Shown here: positions 26,401-38,900 of the stretch, one piece after another
Position numbering within the stretch: position 1 is the stretch's first letter
Layout of the letters: the number at the start of each line of letters is the position of its first letter
NCBI RefSeq assembly: GCF_036971445.1
Contig: NC_091471.1
Coordinates: 348,688,001-348,752,000, forward strand
Length of the DNA stretch: 64,000 nt
Direction: 5' to 3'
From: Narcine bancroftii
Taxonomy: Eukaryota
Made by a program: the position numbers and the translations under genes
The notes under the pieces: generated by a model
What the model saw: only the letters and a program-made list of their open reading frames with translations
Databases searched by the model: none
Told to the model about the DNA's origin: nothing

Positions 26401-27419
26401 TGAGGGGTGGGAAAAAAAGAAAAGTTAGTCAAGTAACTGACATGACCTTAATGTTTTGTAGGTGTCTTGTTAGATGTTTTCAATATTTATGAGGAATTAA
26501 TGGAAGATACTGGGGCTGAGATGATGTTTCCCCTTTTCTCCTGGTTCTTTGACACCTCTGAGGATGAATGAGTTCAGGTCCTCTTCTTCAAAATTTTACA
26601 ATATGAAAATATGGTTGTGGGAATGAATAAAAAATTTAGTGAATACAGTAATATTTATAAAACCCACTCACCATGAGAATAAAATATCAACTTTACAGAC
26701 TGCTTAAAAAAAAAGTCTACAAGCTTTGTCTTTGCTTTAAAAATTCAATGCTGGAAAATTTTGTACAAAATACATTTGTCTCAGATTTCACACAAGAAAC
26801 GACTAAAAGCAGCGGTAGGTCATCAGGCCCTTTAAGTCTCCTCCATTATTCATCAAGATCACGGCTCATCTTCCCAGCTCTAATTTCCAGCAGTATCGCC
26901 AGATCCTTTGATATCCAGAAATCTATTAATGTTGATTTTGAATTAATTCAAGGATTCAGTCTCCAAAAATCCTGTGGTTTAGGGAATTCCAAAAATTCGC
27001 CCTTGGAGTGAAGAAATGTCTCTTATACTCTGAGATAATGACCTGGGATCCAGACTCTTCAGTCAGGGAAATTTTGTTTTTCCCTTGCACTAACTGTAAC
27101 TGTGAATATTTATTATCTATCTTTAATATTTACATCTCTTTCCATACTGGGGTAATTTAATGTTTATTATTGGTTCTTTTCACAAAAATATCTGTTTGGA
27201 TGGAGCAAGTAAGAATTTTGGCGCATATATATATATTGCACTAGCGTGTATAAGAATAAACTTCCTACCATTATCCTCCCTGCATGTCCCTTGTTGATCC
27301 AGAAATATATTTCTTTTAAGTTTCAATGAAATCTGATTCTTGTTTACTCCATGAAATACAGGCCAAATTTACTTAATGCCTCCATACAGAAACCTTCTGT
27401 AACTAGTCTGGTGAATCCC

Positions 27420-28110
27420 CACCAATCACCACCACCAACCCCCCTCCCCAGCACCTTCCACCATGGCCATAGGAGGTGCCACACATGCCCACACCTCCTT
27501 CCTCACCATAGTCCAGGGTCACAAAAAGGCCTTTCAACCAACGCTCCCTTAGTGTACTTCTCTACATTGTAGAGACTGGGTGCAGACTGGGAGATTGTTT
27601 TGCTGAGGACCTTCGCTCTATCTGCATCAGTGACAGAGACCTCTCAGTGGTTTGAGTTCTGCGTCACACTCTCATACTCACATGTCTGTTCATGGCCTCA
27701 TGTACTATCCCACCAAGATCACCCATAATTGAAGGATCAACACTCGATTTTCTATCTTGGCACACTCCAGCCAGATGGCATGAATATCGACTTTTCCGGT
27801 TTCTGCTAACCTGCTCTCTTTTCCCCCTCCCTTCCCTTCCCCTGTCAGCTCTCCACCCTCTTCCCTCTCTATTCACCTACCCATCCCTCCTCCCCTTGAT
27901 TGTTGCTGTGCCCTCCCTCCCTTCTCTACCTATTAGCTCCTACCTTTGCAACCATGCTTCCCCCTTACCCTTTTAGTCCGACACCTGCAGACATTTTTCC
28001 ATACCTTGACGAAGGGCTCGAGTCTGAAACATCAGTTATGCATTTTTATCTTTGCTAAATAAAGGACACTGTTTGACCTGCTGAGTTTCTCCAGCATTGT
28101 TTTACTTCAA
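27420..28110 (+). mobile_element. Penelope-like element 3' part (GIY-YIG endonuclease remnant plus pLTR end)
   Basis: RRCHTCPH, ETG.RLGD.FAE.LRS, SHSH..MSVHGL, L..LQPDGMNIDFSGF. Then a pyrimidine tract and TTGACGAAGGGCTCGAGTCTGAAAC...GACCTGCTGAGTTTCTCCAGCA. Confidence 0.8.
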
Positions 28111-28584
28111 ACATTTGTTTCACTGATGAATCTTTATTGCCCTCCTAGAGCAATTTATTCTTTTTTCTTAGGTAAGGACAACAAAATTGTACACAGTATT
28201 CCAGGCCCTATACTAATGCATTAAGACACCATTTATTATAAAACCTAACATACTTGGTCTTGCTAACTAGTTGCTGGAACTCCATATTAGCTTTCAGTGA
28301 CTAGTGTATAAGGATATCAAGATCCATTTGAACACCAATACTTCCAATCTGTCATAATTTTGAGTTCTCAACTTATCTGTTTTGTGCATCAAAATGAACA
28401 AGCTTACATTTTTTCTACATTATTTTCCATTTCCCATGTTTACCCTCACAGCTTATATCCATGGCATGAACAACCTTACTCAGATAAAAAAAAACCAAAG
28501 CTGCACATTGCAGATGTGGAATCAGCAAGGCCCTGTATAATTGCATCTGGATACCCTGCTTCTGAATTCCAATCTTCTCCCTAT

Positions 28585-29310
28585 TTTTAATAAAATATAT
28601 TTTATTTATCAGTTTTCAAACTCAAATTCATTGAGTGATCAATGTCCATCACTAGTCACTGAAAGTTAAGTCTTAGCCCTTTTTCTACCACTCCCTTCCC
28701 CCTTATCACACACAATGGACCACATAACACACGACAATCAAGACGTTCACAACAAAGGTTAAAAACATAAATCAGGGATATGTGGATTTGTTGTGCCCTG
28801 GCAGCCTGTGACCCGGCCAATATCCTATCCGGATTGGGATGGGATGGAGCTAGGCTGCGAGGCAGGGAGGCCCACCCTATAGCTGTGCACCTATGAAATT
28901 TAGATACAGTTTCCAAATTTTAAGGAAGGTACTGTGTTTTTTCCTGAGACTATAGGTAATCTTCTCCAAGGGAAAACAGCTGTACATTTTTGCATTCCAG
29001 CAGGCAATGCTCAAGCTAGAGATGGACTTCCAGGTAGCTGCATTTCCTGACCACTGCCAATGCAACCATTACAAATTGGATTAGAAATATGAACAGCTTC
29101 AACGCAAGTCTTATGTCCATAATATTTTCCATCAGGAACAATGCTGGATCCTGTGGGAATTCTTTGCCTATGATTTTCCCCAGGGCTTCACCCAGGTCCA
29201 CCCAAAAGAGCCTCACCTTGATAAAGGTTCAGGTTGTGTGCACAAAAGTTCCTGTCTCAATGCCACATCTGAAGCCCAATCTTCTCCCTATTGGTCAACA
29301 TACCACTTAG
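28585..29310 (-). mobile_element. L1-clade LINE 3' end
   Basis: FWVDLGEALGKIIGKEFPQDPALFL...ALAVVRKC...TWKS...PLEKITY, the same family as 8520..8880, with an A-rich tail. Confidence 0.8.
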
Positions 29311-30547
29311 CTTCTTAATTGCTTTATGTATCTACATGCTTAATCTCAGCAACTACAACTCAGATCTAAAGGAACCTCCCCCTTTTTCCAATCTATGGTC
29401 ATTCAGATAATATTCTGGCTTCCTGTTTTTGCCACCAAAATGGATAACCTTAGATTTATCCACATTGTACTGTATCTGTCATGCATTTGCTTACTTATTT
29501 GCCTTCAACGTTCCTTTTATTGTCAGATAATAATACATAAAATGTAATATACATGATATACTTGCCCAAATCACAAGAGTTACTCTGAATCTACCTCACA
29601 TTTCATTATCCCTACCCAGTTTTGTGTCATCTGCAAATTTGGATCTGCAGTATATTACACAATTCTCCAATCTAAAATTTAATTTGGATGGTGAATAACT
29701 GGGTCGTAGCATACCTTGAGTATTGGGTGTAGTTTTTACCTCTGTCTGAGGAAGAGACTCATGCTATTTAAGAATGCCTCAGAATAATTTGTCTTTTGAC
29801 TGATTCCTCTGATACACCCCAGTTACTATCAACCACTCTGAAAACGGTTTATTCTTTCAACACTTCTGCCAAACAGCTTTGTATCCACGTCAATAGTGGT
29901 GAGGACACAGGCTTAATTTATCAGTATAGTTACTATTACAGTGCAGGCTGTTATCAAGTAACAGATACAAGATAGTCATAAGGTAATGAAAGTACTTTTC
30001 TTCAACATCATGCAGCAAGCTCTTCAGCATTATATGATAGTTTCATGTTCATATTACTGGACTAATAACCTGTAATTAATGCAAGATTATAGACATTTAA
30101 AGGGAATCTGAAGAGGAATATTTTTACCCAGAGGATAGTTAAAATCTGGAATGCACTGCTTTAGAGAATAGTGGAGGCAGAGACTCTCAAAAGACGAGTA
30201 CAGTACTTGAATTCTCAAAGAAAAGATGGCTACATGCAACCAATGAAAATTGAAACTTGTTGGATGCTAGATAGATCACATAGACACAGTGGGCCAAGGG
30301 TTCTGTTTCTTTGCTGTACATTTCTATAACATGAGTTTAAATGACATATATGTATTCTGAGAAATTGAATTATTTTAATTTTAGAAGTCATGATCAGAAA
30401 AATAAGTGGTCAAGACACGGTCACCTTATTGTAAAGCACATATTTAGTTAACTATTTTCCATGAAGAAATAAATGTTCCAGCCTTGCTAGTCTTGCCTGC
30501 AGAGGGCTCCAGTCTCACATGACTATGACTGACTTTGAACAACCAAG

Positions 30548-30667
30548 CAACATCAAAATCTGCCACAAGAGATTTGTCCAAGACACTGGCTCCCACGTCC
30601 TTCTCATCAACATCAAAATCTGCCACAATAGATTTGTCCAAGACACTGGCTCCCATGTCCTTCTCAT
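30548..30667. repeat. 60-bp tandem duplication
   Basis: CAACATCAAAATCTGCCACAA.AGATTTGTCCAAGACACTGGCTCCCA.GTCCTTCTCAT occurs twice with 2 mismatches. Confidence 0.92.
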
Positions 30668-31217
30668 GGCAAATTGGTGTGGGCAATACATGTCAATGAC
30701 ATCAATAATGCCTACCTCCAGAGAATGAATGTACAAATGGCCAGCCATCTGGGCCTGTTGTTTAACCAAGATATTATTGCTCTCTAATGGTCTTTTGCCA
30801 AAGCTCTTTCTTCAAAAGCTAGAACCTTTTTCCCTTGATCTGTTCAAAAGCTTCATTTCTGTTAATTTCTTACTTGGTCTCCCTCCCCATGTTAGAGGCT
30901 CCCTGTGGTCCCTCTATCAGCCCCTTTCACCCTGGCACTTGAAAGTGGAAATTAACCGGCATTTTACCGGTTCACCTGCCAGTGTGAACACTCCCAACCC
31001 AGTGGGTGGGGGGGGGGGGGTCCCCAAATCAACCCAGGAATTTATTGCCTAGGGAGGTAGTATCATTGCCAATCTGTTTCGAATTGGCTCCAGTGTGAAC
31101 GGGCGACCTGGTATGCCAGATCCCATTAGTGACACACTGATGAAGTCCTTGCATATGTGTTTGTGTGTGTGACTGTGTGGTGAGTCAGCCAGCAGAGTCA
31201 AGAGACAGGGCAGGTAG

Positions 31218-31477
31218 TGTAGTTGTGGAAATATACCACTGTATTCTGTTGCTTGATTACTGACGCTGTGTATATGTATGCTTCATATGTATGGCTGGCC
31301 CACATTCCCTTAGTGTCTCCACCCCCTGGAATCCCCTAATAAAGGCAGTTAAGTCAAGTCCCTCCCTCAGTATGAGTCCTGGGATCAGATCAGAACAGGA
31401 GCATGGTCCAAGTCTTATGGTATTTAAAGCTTGTCATCCTACAGCTCCATTCTTTTGGTATTATTGATAATGTATCA
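31218..31477 (+). mobile_element. Solo LTR inside the Harbinger element
   Basis: TGTAG...TATCA ends; 4-bp TSD GTAG (31214..31217 / 31478..31481). Confidence 0.75.
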
Positions 31478-32087
31478 GTAGTGAGGTAGCAAGTACTTGT
31501 AATGTTAAACTATGGTCTCATACTTAAGGGGGGGGGGAAATCAGGAGGTACAGGAGCTCCTCTCTTTAAGGGTTAAGGAGGAGACCTCTAAACATAATAA
31601 TGGGCACCATTAAAGTTGGCCTGTTATATGAGAGGTATGACTTCAGCCTCAGGGATATGGGGCTGAAGTCCAGGACAAGCCCCAGGTGATCAATGAACTG
31701 AAGAATCTTCATAGGAGGTTTCTTCAGGTTGTTGATCACAACGGTAGGAGAGGGAGGGACCAACTGGACTGACCAAACAATGACTTTTCCTACCTGATCT
31801 AGGGTGTCAGCCAGTCAGCAAACCCTGTGTCCCTGATCTCCAACATAGAGCCCAATGAGAGGACTCCCGTAGGCTTGCGGTGCCTACAACCAATTTCGAA
31901 ACAACCAATGAGACCAACACCCCTAGTACCTCATCTGCCCCCAGTACCTCATCTGATGCTGCGCCACTGACTCAACAGCTAGGTAAGAACTGCTTGCACA
32001 TCTGTCCAATTTTTCTAATGTGTTTTGTGAGTGCTTGCCAATGAAGTACCATCTTTCTAATTTCCCATGTGTTCCATTGTTCTCCAG

Positions 32088-32420
32088 GAACCGAGGAGAG
32101 GAGGACACCAACCCAGAAGCAAGAGGTCACCACAGAAATCCAGTGATTGCTCCAGAAGATTGACAGCGACAACCTGGAGTGTGATTGCCTGTGTCAGGAG
32201 AGGCATGCAGAGCGGGAGGAGAGGATGGTGCATTCCCACCAAGAGGCAGAGAGGCAGGCACGGGAGGCTGACCGACAGGAATGCCAGAGAAATGCAGACT
32301 GCTTCTCATGGATGATCTCTGACATACAGTAGGCCCAAACAGACATAATAAGGAACACTATCTCCACGCTTGGTGCTCCTGCATGCCTTGATTCTCTGCC
32401 CCATCTCACCTCCCTACTCA
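32088..32420 (+). pseudogene. Remnant exon of the Harbinger accessory (Myb/SANT-like) gene, charged coiled-coil part
   Basis: Acceptor TTGTTCTCCAG| then LQKIDSDNLE...QERHAEREERM...EAERQAREADRQE. Convergent to the transposase, as is typical of Harbingers. The Myb domain itself was not recognised. Confidence 0.45.
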
Positions 32421-33318
32421 CCTCCCTCCACTCTCAGTGTAGAGCCAGAAGGGCCAGAAATGTGTACAGAATTTACTTACCTTGTTAAGTTGGTGTCCGT
32501 TGGTCCTGCGTGGTTGTCGGAGGCATCCCATATTGGTTTTTACTTTTTGCAGCGCATGTGATGCGCATGTGAGATTCCAGGAGCATGTGCAGTGTGTTCT
32601 AGGTTGGAGTACCAATTGGAACATGCATGGTGGGGCAGGGCACAAATCCAGAGTTTAAGATATAATATTAAACATAGTGAAGACATAGAAAAAGGGTGAG
32701 ATCTTCATAACTTTAGTTGACCATTAGCACTAATGCTATTCTGTATTCACACAATATCAGTGCAATGTTATTTATGAATATTTCATGTCAACATTAGAGA
32801 AGATAATTTCAAGTTTACATGTTAAAGATTTAAATACATCTGGACATAATGAAACTAATTGAAAACGTGTCACTAACAAATGTCTCACTTAGCCTACAAG
32901 CAACTATTTATTGGATCCAAGTCACTACACTCAGCACTCCTCCATCTACCATCTTCCCAGTCCAAAGGACCACCCACAGTCCGATCCAGTCTCAGCAGCA
33001 CCACATTATTCTACTTTGGCAATTGGGGTGAAAAGCAGGATGTATTCAGAAGAAGCAGATGAATCTTTTAATCCTCCTCTTTCTGCTGTTATTGGAAGAC
33101 AACATTTAGTTTGTCGTGGCTTGAAAGTTTTTTATTTGTTTACACTTGTCCATAGTCTTGTTTTGTTAAGTTTGATAGTTCTACAAAGTTATATCTCGTA
33201 TTAAATCTTTATAACTTGAAAGTTGTTGTTCTACCTCTTTTACATATTTCTGGTGCACAATTTTGTTAATTGTGCAATTAAATTTTACTTAAAACCCTAG
33301 GTTTTTTACCTAATGTGT

Positions 33319-35190
33319 TCACAGAATGGAGATATTAGCCTCACATATAGCCTGGTGACCCCAAGCTGATGAACCACGATAAGGAACTCTATTTGGTGCA
33401 GGGAGATCTGCTACCTCAATTATCCACTCTGGCAAGAAATGCTCCTTGTTAATCTCACATATATAATGCAGGACACAACAGGCAATAACAATGTCAGACA
33501 CAAAAACAGTTCTCATATCAAGTTGCTTGGCCAGGCACCTCCAGTGACCTTTGAGACATCCAAAAGCATTCTCTACAACCATCTGAGACAAGCTCAGATT
33601 GTTGTTGAATTTTTGCTTCCGTTGATCAAGCTCATGGTGATGCATGAACCCTTCATCTGCCAATTTCTGAGTGGGAGGGCAAGGTCCCCAATCACATGAG
33701 CATGGATTTCCTCTCCATTAATGATCCTGGATACCTGTTGCCAGAGCAATGCATATGTATAGGTATCTCATACAACCTCTAACAGCACAACCAGCCAGTG
33801 CTCCCATGTCCTCCTGTGGTCGTTGAACCCTGCAAGCATTGAACCTGACCCCCAGTCATCCCCTCCTTATACATATGTACACATATATAAAACACTTTAG
33901 GACTTTTCACATGCTTGTGACCTTTTCATCTACATATTGCAAGCATCACTGTAGAGTGGGGCATATTGACTTACATCATGTGGGAAGAGACTTTGGTCTG
34001 CATCCTCAGCCTTTTTGTAAATGGGCAAGTTGGCTAGAACTTGAGCATCATGGGTGCAACCAGGCCAACCCACATACATATCTGTGAAGCTGGAACCACA
34101 AAAGCACAATGCGTAGATTGACATATGGCAGGGGTTCCCAACCTTTTTGTTCCTCTGTACCCCTTGGGCATTTTTATAGGTTCCCGTGTACCCCTAAAAA
34201 TTAAGGATAAAAAAAAACACAATAATGTGCAATCTGACTGCAGATTACACCACCATGTTATTCTCTCAGACCCAATGTACCCCCTGAAAAGTGCAAATGT
34301 ACCAGTGGGGGTACATGTACCCCTGACATATGGAAAACACTGATAGGTGAAGACAAATAATTGTAACTCAGGGCATCATCCTTACTGGCAGTTATGGTCA
34401 ACAACAGCTTGAAGAACAACGGAGTACCACCCTTTTCGATTGTAATAGGCTGCTGCGTCGTCATGTGGGACAATGATGGGAATATGTGTGCCATTGATGG
34501 CACCAGCACACATTGGATAGCCCCTTTCTGCAAATAGATCAATTGTCTCCTGAAGGTGAGCTCCATTCGGCAGGTCAATGAAATGGTTCATGAGGATTTC
34601 CCTCAATGTGACAATAACTTGTTGCACCACCGTGCACACAGTCGAGACACCCACTCCAAAAAATACAACTAATGAATCGATACTCATAAGGGGTGGCATA
34701 CCACTACAAAGCAAAGGCAAGTATGAGCCAAGGCTCTACATGCTTTCGGCAGCTTGTGGTCCTGTGCCTCAGTTCTGGCTTGAGGAGCTTGATTACAAAG
34801 TCAAAAGTACTATGAGACATTCTAAAATGATTCCATCATTGTTCATCATCAAAGTTATCAAGGACATTAGACCAGAATACAGGCCCCTGTGGTCTCTCTT
34901 TCCTCCACATTCTTCTATTATTATATAGCCGTTCAAAATGCCTCAAAATTACCAGACGTCTTCATCTACAGCTAGTCAGCTCAGTTTGAGTTTCCTCCTC
35001 AAAACTTCTCCCTGCTTCTCCTCAATTTCTCCAGGAACATTTCCTCCCTGAGAGCATGTAAACAGTCTTGATAAGGCTCCAACAGTGTTTTCATCACATT
35101 GTTGATAATGATGTTCATAAGACTTGCCTGCGAGGTGAGAGAGCCACACATTCTCAAGACAATCATATGAACTGCATAATTGTCCGCCAT
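33319..35190 (-). pseudogene. Harbinger transposase (DDE_Tnp_4/HARBI1-like) with two spliceosomal introns
   Basis: FGVGVSTVC, GYPMCAGAINGTHIPI, YYNRKGWYSVVLQAVVDHNC | intron 34090..34385 | FTDMYVGWPGCTHDAQVL | intron 33735..33974 | VIGD...VENAFGCLKGHWRCL...ACCVLH. Both introns are GT-AG. Frameshifts present and the first catalytic Asp is changed to Asn. Confidence 0.88.
34129..34325. mobile_element. hAT-family MITE in transposase intron
   Basis: CAGGGGT...ACCCCTG termini and a perfect 8-bp TSD ACATATGG (34121..34128 / 34326..34333). Confidence 0.9.
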
Positions 35191-35581
35191 TGCTGAGAAG
35201 GGGGAGATCTCACTGAATGCGAGTATGTAATACATTACTCAGGTCATCATCACTGGAGGTTAGGCCCCCCTTTGCTCTGCAATACTGGTTAGGTAATGTG
35301 AAAGGGTGCATAGAACCCATTTTACTTGGTCCAGTGTGAACAGTTCTATCGGTATTTCAAAATGGTTCCTTCACTCGCCAATTTAGTGGGTTCCAGTGAG
35401 GAACACAGTAAAAACTGCAATTCAAGGTTCAAATTTTCTTTTACAGGTATTGTCACATAATAACACATTAAAAATGTAAATCCTGATATACTTTAATATT
35501 TGTCTGCCATAAGGCAAACAAAGAATGCCATGAGCATTGCCCAGGGCCCCTAACAATAGGAGAAAGAGAAGCAAGAGACAT

Positions 35582-35812
35582 TTAGAAATACATACAGCAT
35601 GGTAACAGGTCCTTTCAGCCTATAGCACCCAATTAACCTACACCCCTGGTTCGTTTTGACCATGAGAGTAAAGAGGAACAACCAGAGGAAACCCACAGAA
35701 ACAGGGAGAACGTACAAAACCCCTTTAAGACAGCGTGGGAGTCAAACCCTCGTCCTGATCGCTGGTGCTGTTACAGAGTTGTGCTAACTGCTTTGCTAAC
35801 TGTGCTGCCCTA
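35582..35812 (-). mobile_element. tRNA-derived V-SINE (HE1-like)
   Basis: Minus strand shows a tRNA-like head with box B GGTTTGACTCCC, a V-domain-like GTGGGTTTCCTCTGG, and a CR1-like tail GGCTGAAAGGACCTGTTACCATGCTGTA. Confidence 0.75.
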
Positions 35813-35948
35813 CAGAGACACCGAGTGTCCATGGATTCATCTCCAGTGTTCCTCCAGCCTCTATAGTTGCGCAGACTCCAGTTTGATTCAAATCCAACCC
35901 GAGCTCCAAATCTAAACCTCCGAGTCCTTCTTGCCCTAAGTACCCTCT

Positions 35949-38900
35949 TGATAGGCTCTATCAATAGCTCCAAAGCCGTAGAATGAGGAACAATAGGCTT
36001 TATTATACTTTAGACTTGTAAATGGCTCGATTCAATGTGCTCAACTAAGGGTCACAAGGGGAGGAGTTACCAGGGAGCGAGTCACCACTGGGGGACGGGC
36101 CAGCTATCTATTGCCAGTCACATATTCACATATTCGTATCACCACAACCATTCCCTCTTTTAGAACAAAACCCCGTTGGGTTAAAAATCCTAGAGGCTCA
36201 GCCGGTCAGGTGGTCTCCTTTGCCTCTCAGCACAGTTCCACTGGTAGTATAATAGTTGGCTCCATTGCCAGTTGTGTGTCCTAAGGCTGGGGAGGGAGGG
36301 CTGGCTCTGTTGGAGGTGGGGCTTGGTTGTAGGTGGTGGTCAGAGCAGCTGGAGCAGGGTCCGGGGTGTCATGGCGTGGTGGGTAGAGGTGGGTTGCTGA
36401 CCTTCACCGAGTCCCTGAGGGGTTGGATCTAGGTAGGACCTGGTTTGAAGGAGGTGGGAAGAGGGCAGGAGTCTCCAGCACACGCTAAGTCCCGGACAGG
36501 GACTATGTCCTCATGGCCGTCCGGGTACACCACGTAGGCATACTGAGGATTGGCGTGCAGGAGTTGCACCTCTTCGACCAACGGGTCAGACTTGTGACTC
36601 CTCGCATGTTTCCGCAGCAGGACAGGTCCCAGGGATGAGAGCCAGTGTGACAACATGGTTCCGGTCACTGATGTCCTGGGAAAAGAAAACATGCCTTCAT
36701 GTGGGGTTGTGTTGGTAGCAGTGCATAACAGAGATCGAATGGCATGGAGTGCTTCCGACAGGACTTCCTGCCAATGGGACACTGCCAGGCCTTTTGATTT
36801 AAGAGCCAGGACAGCTTTCCAAACTGTGGCATTTTCTCTTTCTTCCTGGCTGTTCCCCCTACTTGCGACTGACATCAACCACACGAAGCAGAGTGAAGGT
36901 TAAATGCAGGCTTTAATAGAGTGATATATACAGCTAGGTCTTGCCTCTGTGCAAGCCCAGGTCAGAAGGAGGAGCATGAGCTCCGATCGGCTTTATATAC
37001 AGGGTCATCAGGTGGTGGCCCCTGGTGACCTAGTGGTGTAATGGCATATCACCACATTTACCCCCCCCCCCCTTAAAGGAATTTAGCCACTTCTCCCACC
37101 ACACCCCCACCCGCCACAAGTTCGTCCAGAATCTGGCGGGCTTTCCTTAGTCTCTTGGACTTTCGGGGTACTGGGGCAGGGGAGGTGGGGTTATTGGGGG
37201 CAGGGGGTCCTGACGTTGGGTGGTTGAGGGCACAGGGCTGCTCACTGATTGCAGAGTAGGGGTATGCTGGGAGGATATAGGGCTTTCCGGACTGGTATCG
37301 GCTTTGGGGGTGTATCGTTCGGCGGTTCATTTTGGGGTGATATGATGGTCAGTTGTCCTGGTGTCTGCTGTCCATCTTGCTGGTCAGTCAGGGTCCATGG
37401 GGTCTGTGATCCCTCCTCATCGTACACGATATCGGCCAGCGCAATGTCCCTGATGGCTACCGAATCTTCCCTTCTGTCCTGGAATGCGACGACCACGTAG
37501 TGGGGGTTCGCATGCCTCAGATACACTGGCTCCACCAGCGGGTCCATTTTGTGGGGCCTGTAGTGCTTCTGGAGCAGCGCCAGACCCGGTGTCATCAGCC
37601 ATCTAGGAAGCACTGTGCCCATCGTGGGTTTCCTTAAAAATGAAAACAAGTGGTCATGTGGAGTCGTGTTTGTTGCAGTACACAACAGTGAGCACATCGA
37701 ATGTAAAGCCTCCTGTAACACGTCCTGCCATCTTGCCATGGTCTTTTGCCTTTAAGGTCAAGTACTGTTTTCCAAATAGTGGCATTTTCCATTTCCATTT
37801 CCATTTCCACTTGCCCATTACCCCTGGGGTTGGAGCTTGTAGTGCGGCTTGTGGCGATACCTCTGTCCTGTAGGTACTGCTGGACTTCTGCACTCATGAA
37901 TGCAGAACCCCTGTCAGTGTGTATATAGCTGGGGTACCCACACATGCTGAAAATAGATTGCAGGCTCTTTATTACTGTGGCTGCCGACACATCGGGGCAT
38001 GGAATTGCGAAAGGGAAGTGGGAGTATTCATCTATGACGTTAAGAAAGTAGATGTTCCTGTCGAAGGAGGGGAGCAGGCCTTTAAAATCGAAGCTGAGGC
38101 ATTCAAAGGGACTGATGGCTTTTATGTAGCCCTGTCCGGCCAGTAGGACTGCGGTTTGCATTCCGTGCAGATGGGACAGCCCTTGCTTACTGTCCTTACC
38201 TCCTCTACTGAGAACGGGAGATTGTGGGTCCTTATGAAATGGAACAATCTAGCGATCCCCGGGTGGCCCAGCTCATTGTGCAAGCTTTGCAGCTGGGACA
38301 TGTGATTGAGGGCCATGCAGATGCCGCTGGACAGTGCATCTGGGTGCTCATTGAGCTTCCCGGGCCAGTATAGAATGTTGTAATTGTACGTGGACAGTTC
38401 TATCCTCCAGTGCAAAATTTTGTCGTTTTTTTTATTTTCCCCCTGTTCTGGTTGTCGAACATAAATGCCACAGATCATTGATCCGTGACCAGAGTGAAGC
38501 GCTTACAAGCCAGGTAATGTCTCCAATGCCTCACTGCTTCTACGATGGCCTGTGCCTCACCTCTGACCCCTGTAGGGTCCACGAGAAAAAGGCTACCGGT
38601 TGTTCCACCTGATTGAGTGTAGCCACGAGTGCTACCTCTGAGGCATCCATCTCCACTTGGAAGGGGATCATCTCATTTGTGGCCCCGAGGGTTGCTTTTG
38701 CAATCAGGTCCCTAATCTCTGTAAAGGCTTTGACAACTGCCGGGCCGAGTGGAAACGCTGAGGCTTTTATGAGCAGGAGGGCCCTGTTGGCATAGTTGGG
38801 AACCCACTATGCATAGTACACAAAGAGTCCCAAACATCTCTTTAACATTTTCTGTGTGTGAGGGACTGGGAGGTCTAGGAGTGGGTGCAGGGTCCGGGAT

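Larger units (their letters stand above)
30919..35410 (-). mobile_element. PIF/Harbinger DNA transposon, decayed
   Basis: Left end GCCCCTTTCACCCTGGC and repeated CCAGTGTGAA subterminal motifs at both ends. HARBI1-like transposase on the minus strand and a convergent second gene on the plus strand. Confidence 0.75.

Noticed and set aside
33319-35190. Domesticated HARBI1 host gene
   Set aside because: Frameshifts, a catalytic D-to-N change, transposon ends and a partner gene show it is a dead transposon copy.
35750-35812. tRNA gene
   Set aside because: The tRNA-like head is degenerate and continues into a SINE body and CR1-like tail; the same holds at 53335.
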